From Epithemia pelagica (lineage: Eukaryota; Protista; Bacillariophyta), in the NCBI GenBank assembly GCA_946965045.2, contig OX337233.1, forward strand, positions 3,100,001 through 3,164,000: a stretch of DNA of 64,000 nucleotides, written 5' to 3'. This document shows, one piece after another, positions 26,842 through 35,732 of the stretch. The notes below the pieces were generated by a model. The model was given only the letters and a program-made list of their open reading frames with translations, ran no database searches and was not told the DNA's origin. The translations under genes and the position numbers were made by a program. Position 1 is the stretch's first letter; each line of letters starts with the position of its first letter.

Positions 26842-27319
26842 CTCCGCTCTAGGATGTGTGCTTGTCGTTTCCGAACTTCTTGTAGTACAAAGACATAGTT
26901 AGTACGCGGATAGAAATGCCAAATACCTGAAACTAGAATGTCTCTTCTTTTGATCGAGAGTACTAATAATATAAGACTGGTTCCATTGTGGGCAGGGATA
27001 TTTCAGAGGGGTCCCAATTTGAGTTCGTTACATAGATCAACTCGTCTTTGAATGCTCTTTCGATTGGTTCAATATATGCCTCGCCAAATTAAGATATACA
27101 CTTTGAAATATTGGACTAAAGTATGGCCGGCAAAATTTTAGTATTCAAAACCCTAATGTGAGATGTGCTAGAAGGTACGTAAAAACGGTACTGCAGTCGC
27201 GCACGTGAATGACAATAGGGGTATATCGCGCGCATACCGCGCAAAACTTTCAAGCTTGATTTCTCGAAAAGTGGATTTTTCAAATATCCCTGGTGACGAT
27301 GGAATCAGTCTTATATAGA

Positions 27320-30300
27320 TCAGACTTGCCTTTTTGCTTCTGTGTTACTGATCGTGACAGTAGAAGATTCAGTTTGGTCTCTCCTATTCTTCTCCTTTTG
27401 TTGTTTTTTACTCATGAAACGGAGAGTTTCCAACGGTACACGACCCCATGCTGTCTCTGGAAATACAGGGACCGGTCTGTAGAGACCACGATGTTCATCT
27501 TTTGACACGCCAACTTCTTCAACTGAACCATCATGTGCATTGGTGTACGTAATCGAAGCAATATCTCCGTTGCACAAAGGGCAACTCTCGTTCATTTCAG
27601 GAGGTGTCGATTTCTGTTTCCCCATAGGAACTTGTTTTTCGGTGGTAAGGACATGACCAAGACACACCCGACAAAACTTGTGCCCGCATCTCTCGATCCG
27701 ACAGTCGTTAGGACGCTGTCCATGGCATATGGCACAATATTGTTCGGAGTCTTCATCATATTCGTCTAGGACGATTGTCTTGTCTTTCTTCGCGATTAAT
27801 TCTGTCTCATGTAGATCGTGTGGTATTAGCTCAGCATGACTATGACCGCATATGGAACAAAATCGATTCTTCACCGAATTCCGGATGAAAGTACATGTTG
27901 GACAATGATAATGAGGACAGTTGGAGGTTTCTTGCCTTGTCCAACTCACGATAGAAAAGGTCCGACTTCTATCCAGATCCTTTTTAAGCAATGAGGTCCC
28001 ACAAGTGGAACAGAGTGCCTCTTTCTGATCTTCATCGTTCAATGTTCGTACCAGATCCAAGAATCGCCGATCTTCGTGAAGTCGTTCGAGCGCCTTGTCC
28101 GCTTCTGTAATCTCTTGTATCACTTTAATGTCCTCGAATCGTTCATCGTCGGAATCCAGCATATCTTCCATTACCTCCCCTCGATCTTTCCCTTCCATTA
28201 TAAACCGGCGACTGCGTTTGATCCTTGGACGTGTATCGTCATTAACGTCCTTGAAACATACACGCAGAGTCGAATCACGTTTCGCTTTATTGATAGCCGT
28301 ACTCACGATATGATTGCAGGCCTTGTGACATTCTCGCCTACACGATGGCAATTCTTGAGCCCATTTCCCCATCATCTGATCACAGGACATATTAGGGGAC
28401 GCCTTTGACAGGATCTCGTCGATCACACATATGATTGATACTTGGGGAAGCGTACACGCACTTGGTGCCACCGGATTCGGATACTTCTTATAAATGAATC
28501 TCCAGTCACATCCAACGAGCTCTTCCTTTATATCAACGCTCAAGAATGATTGGATTTTCTTTTCGTCGTCCAATAGCCTTAGTTTCCGTAGACATCGAAT
28601 CACTGTAGGCCTCCACGAGCGAATATCCCTTGTCGATAATGGATCGAAAATCAACACTTCTCTTTGATGTGCTTGTAAGAGGATTAAGACGGGATAAAAA
28701 GCTTCATACTTGGTAGTGACGACGACCAATGTAGTATCGGAAGACGACGAACTCAAATCCATTGCAGTCATTGTGTCCATTCTCAGACTATCTTCGTCGA
28801 TTTGCTCAAAGCAAACGGACTTGTTGTGCCATTTATGAACCACCAGCACAAGCATCGACCTGAATATGAGGGGAGGGATCCCCTTAAACTTAGTCGTCTC
28901 TTGAGTATTCGTCCGTAGCAAAAGGTTTCGTCTGTACTGGCGATGTGGGACAAAAAGGACGTCCATTTTCCCATTGTCATGTTGTAGAGAACCATTCTTG
29001 TTGGTACAGCAAGCGTAGGTAAAGACAAATCGCAAAACAACTTCATGGATGCTTCCCTTACGTCTAACGGCACTTTCTTTACAGAGATCCCAAGCTTCAT
29101 TGATCGCTGACATCGACTGTTTGAGGGACCAGTTAGCCATATGAATCAAACGGTCGTTAGTGAAAGATGCAAGGTCGTCTGATGGACCAGGTTTATTCTT
29201 GAGAGGAGGTGGTTGCTTTGGTATTCCTTTAGGTTTGTCGCTACCGTGGTCAACATATGATTTACTTTCCAACAGACCCACCTTTGATTGAGAGGAAGAT
29301 TTTTTTGTCGTCGCTTGTTTTCCTTTTTGTGGTTTCTTTTTCAATGCAAGAGTATCAAAAATGGAACTCCGATCCTCCTCGGTCGCTGACAGAGACTGAG
29401 ATTGTGATTTGCTCTCGTTATTTGAAACAGTGAAAATGGTAGAACTTGTTGCACCATCACATTTACTGTCTGACGCTTGTTTACGGCGTTTCCTGTCTTG
29501 AGATCGTTGTTCATGTCGCCCCTTCTGATACTCCTTCGTCTTTGTAGCGTATTCCCGTTCCATCGTCTGGTAATATGAAATTAGAACCGCCAAATTGGAA
29601 TAGTCGTTCGCGGGATACTTAACAGCTCTTGGTATGTCAAAATAAGGACAAAACCAGCAATCAGGAAGTGTAAGGGCTAATGCTTTTTCAACATCGACTC
29701 CTTCCATTTCATAGGAGTCAGATTCCAATACCCGATACACAGCTGCCATATGTTGAACGCTCCAAACCATTTCTCGGACTGGTATTGTTCTGTCTTTCCG
29801 AAACTTCGATCTATCAGACGTCATGTAGTCCAATATTTTTGCAGCCACGACATTAAGCCGTCTCTCCATCGAATACGAGTTGAGGACAATATCAGCGAGC
29901 ATAGGATGGGCTCCAAGAAACACCTTGAGGGATCGAGTAAAGCTTGCGCTCGACTTTGATCTTGTCGTTGACGGGAATTCCTTGTCCCACAGACGAAGTG
30001 CGTCTCCATATAGAGTTTGTTCGAATAGGTCGATTCCTGGTGAAATAAAACTACCAGCTCCGTCACTCTTGTTTCCCTCTTGTTGTTCTTCGATCGTCTC
30101 TACAAGTCTCAGTATCTTCGGGAAACAAACAGCAGCATGCGAGGCGATATCACTGAAAATACTTGATCCACAGCGCAAGAGGGATACGAATATAGTTTCA
30201 CCTCCATATGTAGTGGAGAAATCTGTCCAATTATCAGTGTTGGAATAAACAGAACGATACCACTCGATTGTATATTCATAACATATCAAGTCTGGGAAAT

Positions 30301-30331
30301 ATCGATCGGAATCTTCTACCGAATCAGCCAT
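27320..30331 (-). CDS. 1003-aa cargo protein with a degenerate Ulp1-like region and two C-terminal RING-like zinc fingers
   Basis: CAIC...RCGHKFCRVC...CPLC is a C3HC4 RING; CSTC...CPHYHCPTC...CSIC is a second finger. VLILLQAHQREVLIFDPLS...SACT resembles the Ulp1/C48 core, but no catalytic His is evident. Confidence 0.65.
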   Translation of the reverse strand: MADSVEDSDRYFPDLICYEYTIEWYRSVYSNTDNWTDFSTTYGGETIFVSLLRCGSSIFSDIASHAAVCFPKILRLVETIEEQQEGNKSDGAGSFISPGIDLFEQTLYGDALRLWDKEFPSTTRSKSSASFTRSLKVFLGAHPMLADIVLNSYSMERRLNVVAAKILDYMTSDRSKFRKDRTIPVREMVWSVQHMAAVYRVLESDSYEMEGVDVEKALALTLPDCWFCPYFDIPRAVKYPANDYSNLAVLISYYQTMEREYATKTKEYQKGRHEQRSQDRKRRKQASDSKCDGATSSTIFTVSNNESKSQSQSLSATEEDRSSIFDTLALKKKPQKGKQATTKKSSSQSKVGLLESKSYVDHGSDKPKGIPKQPPPLKNKPGPSDDLASFTNDRLIHMANWSLKQSMSAINEAWDLCKESAVRRKGSIHEVVLRFVFTYACCTNKNGSLQHDNGKMDVLFVPHRQYRRNLLLRTNTQETTKFKGIPPLIFRSMLVLVVHKWHNKSVCFEQIDEDSLRMDTMTAMDLSSSSSDTTLVVVTTKYEAFYPVLILLQAHQREVLIFDPLSTRDIRSWRPTVIRCLRKLRLLDDEKKIQSFLSVDIKEELVGCDWRFIYKKYPNPVAPSACTLPQVSIICVIDEILSKASPNMSCDQMMGKWAQELPSCRRECHKACNHIVSTAINKAKRDSTLRVCFKDVNDDTRPRIKRSRRFIMEGKDRGEVMEDMLDSDDERFEDIKVIQEITEADKALERLHEDRRFLDLVRTLNDEDQKEALCSTCGTSLLKKDLDRSRTFSIVSWTRQETSNCPHYHCPTCTFIRNSVKNRFCSICGHSHAELIPHDLHETELIAKKDKTIVLDEYDEDSEQYCAICHGQRPNDCRIERCGHKFCRVCLGHVLTTEKQVPMGKQKSTPPEMNESCPLCNGDIASITYTNAHDGSVEEVGVSKDEHRGLYRPVPVFPETAWGRVPLETLRFMSKKQQKEKNRRDQTESSTVTISNTEAKRQV

Positions 30332-30439
30332 ATTAGCGTGCGATTCAATCAGCTTGGGGAAGAAACTAGGAGAAATTTTCTTTCGATGCAGGGTTCCGAT
30401 GCAACTTGATACTACCGTTTCTCAAGCTTGCGTGATGGA

Positions 30440-31620
30440 AACCCTGGAGGGTCTTGGTCGATAGGGATGGAGGAGTGAGGGATATGGGTGTACCAACTTG
30501 ATGTCTCGGTCCTTCCAGTCAAGAATCAGAAGCAAATACAACAATCCAATAGGGTCTTGGTCGATAGAGATAGAAGATAGAAGTATGGGGGCGCACCAAC
30601 TTGGTGTCTCGGCCCTTCAACAGAACCACCAATCAAGATATAGCAATCCAATGGGGTCTTCTTGGTCGATGTAGATGAAGGAGGGATGGAGAGGGGTGCA
30701 CCAACTTGGTGTCTCAGCCCTTGTTCCAATCGGGAAGGAGTAGCAACACAGCAATCCAACAGGGTCTTGGTCGGTGGAGATGGAGGAGTGAAAATTGGGT
30801 GCACCAACTTGGTGTCTTGATCCTTGTTCCAATCGAGAAGGAGAGGCAACACAGCAATCCAAAAGGGTCAAGGTCGATGGAGATGGAGGGGTGAAGGAAA
30901 TGGGTGCACCAACTTGGTGTCTCGGCCTTTGTTCCAATCGGGAAGGAGTAGCAACACGGCAATCCAACACGGTCTTGGTCGATGGAGATGGAGGGGTGAA
31001 GGAAATGGGTGCACCAACTTGGTGTCTCGGCCCTTGTTCCAATCGGGAAGGAGTAGCAACACGGCAATCCAACACGGTCTTGGTCGATGGAGATGGAGGG
31101 GTGAAGGAAATGGGTGCACCAACTTGGTGTCTCGGTCCTTGTTCCAATCGAGAAGGAGTAGCAACACAGCAATCCAACAGGGTCTTGGTCGATGGAAAAG
31201 GAGGGGTGAAGGAAATGGGTGCACCAACTTGGTGTCTTGGCCCTTGTTCCAATTGAGAAGGGGTAGCAACACAGCAATCCAACAGGGTCTTGGTCGATGG
31301 AGATGGAGGGGTGAAGGAAGAGGGTGCACCAACTTGGTGTCTCAGCCCTTGTTCCAATCGGGAAGGATTAGCAACACAGCAATCCAACAGGGTCTTGGTT
31401 GATGGAGATGGAGGGGTGAAGGAAGAGGGTGCACCAACTTGGTGATTTTTGCCCTTTGTTCAATAGAATCCTCACCAATCCGACCGTTCAGATCGTTGAA
31501 AATGGTCTTCTGGGATAATAGGAGGGAAGAAGCAGCGGCAATCCAGCAATCCAACCAGTTTTGGTCGATGGAAATTGATGGGAGAATGAAATGGGTGCAC
31601 CAACTTGGTGTCTTCGCCCT
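30440..31620. repeat. 105-bp tandem repeat, about 8 conserved copies plus degenerate flanks
   Basis: GTGCACCAACTTGGTG anchors at 30696, 30799, 30904, 31009, 31114, 31219, 31324 and 31429. Track ORFs repeat every 35 aa. Confidence 0.93.
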
Positions 31621-32228
31621 TTTTCAAACAGAACCACCAATCCAGTCGTTCAGAGCGTTGAAAATTGTCTTGTGGGATGATAGGAGGGAAGAAATAGTTG
31701 CCAAACAGCGATCACACGGTTGGGTTTTCATGGAAACAGAAGAAAATGATTAGTGGGCATATAGGAAAACGACAAAACGAACTCTCACTGTTGTCTTGTC
31801 GACTTGGCTTACCTAGCACCTTTCCAATTTGAAAAAGGAAATGATTCTCTTTGTGTTCGCCTGTTTGTTGTAGCTGTTGTTGTTGTTGTTGCTGTTGTGT
31901 TGTTGTTGTTGTTGTTGTTGCTGCTGCTGTGTGTTTTTTGGGGCGTTGGGGGTTGGTGTGAGTTGGATGAGGCAGTCTATGACTCTATCGTCAAAAAGTG
32001 ATCACAAAAGTGGGAGAGTATATCTTTTGTGTGGTTGTTGTGTGAGGAAAATCTAATTTTCAGCGTTCTTCTGTGATTTTGTGTCCATTGTTCTTCGTAT
32101 GTCACTGTGACGTGATTTGGTGGTGGAGGAGAAATTTGTGGGTCGCTTTTGGAGTTTACGTGCGACTGGAATACTAGGTGTTATATGTGTAGCTAGTAGT
32201 TAGGTATCTAGGCAAAGGTTAGGCTCTG

Positions 32229-32416
32229 TGCACGCGTTTCCACATACAATAAACATGCTCACGCGGGTGTCAACACGTTTCACGCGTTGTCTACACGTTT
32301 CACGCGCATTAACGCGCAATCTGGAGCGCCACGCGCTTCGTACGCGCCAAATGCGCGTGATCCGTGTTCTGGGGGTGCTGCACGCGCCTATTGGGCGTGT
32401 GTCACGCGCCTATTGG
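32229..32416. repeat. Subterminal CACGCG-type short repeats of the inner element
   Basis: About 10 (C/T/A)ACGCG words, including CACGCGCCTATTGG at 32381 and 32403. Related GTCACGCGCC (7423) and TACGCGCC (about 7452) occur at the left end. Confidence 0.7.
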
Positions 32417-32457
32417 TGGAATTCCAGTCACTTATCTTCAAAAAACCTCCTTAGACG

Positions 32458-35400
32458 TGTGGCAATGAGGTAGTGAGGCTTGTGATGGAAAGTAATCCAC
32501 ACATTGACACAATTACAGGACGTCCTCGTACTCCTCGAGAACAAGGTTCCGTGGAGAATGCAAACAACGGCATTCGGAATACTGTCCAATCGATTGTTTC
32601 GGAGGAATGGGCTCGTGGGAATACGGAGTTCAACTGGACAATGGCACTGGGAAGAGCAATGGGAACATTGAACGGTGCTTTTCGACGGACAACAGCAAAT
32701 ACCATTTCGTCATACGAAACTGTCTTTGGAACCAATTCTACTCTCCCAATTCAGAAGGTGTGAAAGGATTATCTTCAACAGAATTGAGAATAGCCGGGAC
32801 CACAGCGGTTGAACGGTGTCTCCGTACCCGCAGTAGCGCCCTCACAGAAAAATATGCGATTTGTGGTGAAATTACTGAAGCCGACATTGAAGACCTTGGA
32901 GACCTTGCATCGCCAAGAGTGCAATACCTAATGCACAACTATAAACAAACACATAAAGAAGCGGCAGATGACAAGTTCATGCTGATACAAAATTCCGATT
33001 GGTCACTGGTACCTGAAGGTCTTAGACCTATATCAGTTCCAGATGAACATGATATGGTCAGAAAAGGTGAAGAAACTGTGGGCGACTTAGATTCTAAACC
33101 AAAAGCTGTTGATTTGGCCCGAAAACAAAAACATACGGCTACGGCGAATCAAGACAGTGAAGTACCTGACGATGACCTTAATTCCAAACCCAAAGCAGTG
33201 GAAAATCAGACATTCCGAAAGGAGATTGAGAGTCGGAAGACACAGGAACTAGTAAGTTCCTCAGATCTGGCGGGACTGTTGTATTGCCAACCCGTATTGG
33301 CAACCCAAAAAGCAGCCCAACAAGAGATTTCAAAACAGAATACCAAGAAATCATCAAATGACGACAACAAGCCAGATGCAAGTTTTGACGCGTCGGACGG
33401 GAAACAAAATGTTTCGAAACAAGGTGTCGACATATCACAACACAAGGTTCATTTATCAAAACTTCGTTCCGACAAGAAGCCAGATGCAAGTTTTGACGCG
33501 TCGGACGGGAAACAAAATGTTTTGAAACAAGGTGTCGACATATCAAAACACAAGGTTGATTTATCAAAACTTCGTTCCGACAAGGAGCCAGATGAAAGTT
33601 TTGAGGCGTCGGACGGGAAACAAAATGTTTTGAAACAAGGTGTCGACATATCAAAACATGATACGACCATTCTGGAACAAAATCCTGATCTGTCAAAACA
33701 AGATCATAACATGTCGAAAGAAGAGAATGACAGCAGATCAAAACACCAGATTTTACGAAACAATGATCAAGAAGACTCTGGTAATGAGTCTGTCATTGTT
33801 GTTGCAACACCCAAGGGAACACCAGTAACGTCCAAACGGAATGACAATAACCCACTCTTGTCAACAGTTCTAAATGTTCTCGTGAATTCCGATGGTTTCA
33901 GGAACGCACAAGCCGCTGACAAGACATTGCAAGTATTCATGAAGTGTGAGATTTGTCCAGATCTTTTTGTGAATAAAGATGTTCTGTTTAACATCCCATC
34001 TGGCGAGTGCTTGGAGCATTATTTCGGAGAAAATTCAAGACAGTGGCTACCACATTCCCTTGTCCACACATTTGGACAACTTGCATCCCATTGGAATCAC
34101 AGTTCTACAGTGATTTTCTATGCCTGTATGCATAACTTGTCGATGGCAACTTTCTTGGAAATTTCGAAAATTATTGGAGAGATCTCACCTGTTCTGAAGG
34201 ATAATGCAAACATTGATGAAATCATATCATTGGGTTTCACTGGTGACCACTACGCAGTCATCCACATCCTTCTGTCAGAGAAGAGAGCAATTGTCTATGA
34301 CGGAATGGTAACAAGTACAATGGACGTTTGGAAAAATGTTGTGAAATATGTTTTGTGGAAATTTGGAGTCCAAGGATTGGACAACATGGATGAACTTATT
34401 GACGAAAGGACCAAACAGAAAACAGAAGGCATCAAAGACCAATGGACAATATCTCGGGATCAAACAATTAGTGGTATTCAACTTGACACACACTCATGTG
34501 GTCCAATCGCAATGCTAGTAATTGCCTGTTTGTTCCAAACACGACAGAGCAAAATGGACGGCGGGACAAGCCTATCTCAATTGCATCCAGCAAATGTGCC
34601 GTCCAAAAACTGGAGGTCAACAGCGTGCACCTTATTCAAAAAGTTTATTGAATTCACATGGACAAATATGTATTCTGTGAAGACTATACCGACAGCGGAT
34701 CAGCAACATGTGATGGACATTCACATGACCACTCAAATCCGCAACTTTCTAAGTGCTGGACAGAGTGTCCAGAAAGATAAGACTCTGCCTACGAACGATT
34801 TTGTGGAGAAGTCGTCTAAGGTGAAGTCTCCTGCAAAGACCATAAAACAAGCACCTGTGGAACTTAAGACAGTTCCACAAGGTACATCAACAAATCAAGG
34901 AAACACCACTGGAAACAACATAGCACAAACAAAACCAGAGCTTCGGCGTTCCCGAAGAAATCGAACAAATAGGTGAGTATCAAACAAGAACGATACTTTT
35001 AGATCTATAAGTGACGCGTCTGAAAAAAAACCTAGTGATTTATGTATTATGGACGACAATGAAATGCGAACTGACCAACGCAATGAAAATGTGAAGCAAA
35101 GAAGGTTTGATCAATCGTATCAAGCGAGTAAGATGATACGAATGAATAGAAGAGCAGGTTTCAAAGTACATAAGGGACAGTCTGTGGCGTTATTTGCAGA
35201 TCCAAGGGACAGAGCAACCCACAGTAGACTTGGTATCCACTGTCTGATAATTGATGTAACCACGGGTGCATATCCTTCTGTACGATTGGTAATTCCTGAA
35301 GGCATCATTGGAGATAAACAGTCAAAAACATCCATTTGGTTTACACATGATAAATACAACTTACTTGATGCCTCATCACCTCTTGGACCAGAACGGCGTT

Positions 35401-35732
35401 TGTTACGGCAACAGATTTTGGATAAAAGTTTCGATCAAACCAAGTATAAAATCATTTCTGTCCGAGAAGCACATCGTGTTACCTACAGCAAGCATCATTC
35501 TATCAAGAAACAAAAGACAAATTTTGAAAGAAGGAAAACAAAGTGCAATTGCAAACGACTAGGGCTTCAATGCAAGACTAATACTTGTGGATGTCGAAAA
35601 GCTGGAATTGTCTGTACGCATCTGTGTAAATGCAACAAAAGTGATTGCATGAACAGGCATATTCACGGGGTAGTACTGGAAGATGAAGTCAAGGCCGGAA
35701 ATGAGGTACCGAAAAACCAACCCACTGTGTGA
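32458..35732 (+). pseudogene. Ginger transposase, C-terminal part: rve end (Glu), Ulp1/C48 protease and CXC (tesmin/TSO1-like) domain
   Basis: ITGRPRTPREQGSVENAN...NWTMALG completes the rve core. A -1 frame change near 32750 leads into ORF 32607-34976 with GDHYAV, VYDGM and QLDTHSCGP (His/Asp/Gln/Cys of Ulp1). After one TGA (34974) the same frame continues into 35049-35732, ending CNCKRLGLQCKTNTCGCRKAGIVCTHLCKCNKSDCMN. Confidence 0.8.
33370..33660 (+). repeat. 108-bp (36-aa) coding repeat, about 3 copies, in the transposase linker
   Basis: KPDASFDASDGKQNV(S/L)KQGVDIS(Q/K)HKV(H/D)LSKLRSDK repeated. Confidence 0.9.

Larger units (their letters stand above)
7409..32457. mobile_element. 25,049-bp CMC/EnSpm (Plavaka-like) DNA transposon with cargo genes
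   Basis: 9-bp TIR CGTCTAAGG (7409-7417) / CCTTAGACG (32449-32457) and TG duplicated at 7407-7408 and 32458-32459. Excision gives GAA GTC TGT GGC AAT GAG = DNGNEVCGNEVVRLVMESNP, a continuous integrase core. Contains a Plavaka-type transposase. Confidence 0.9.

Noticed and set aside
30526-31554. Proline-rich repeat protein encoded by the 105-bp array
   Set aside because: Five frames are open, starts are non-ATG or arbitrary, and no frame is favoured. Kept only as a repeat.
31860-31930. (GTT)n/(GCT)n tract and similar microsatellites (45160-45190, 50000-50045)
   Set aside because: Ordinary simple repeats; the CAA run merely encodes poly-Q in K5.
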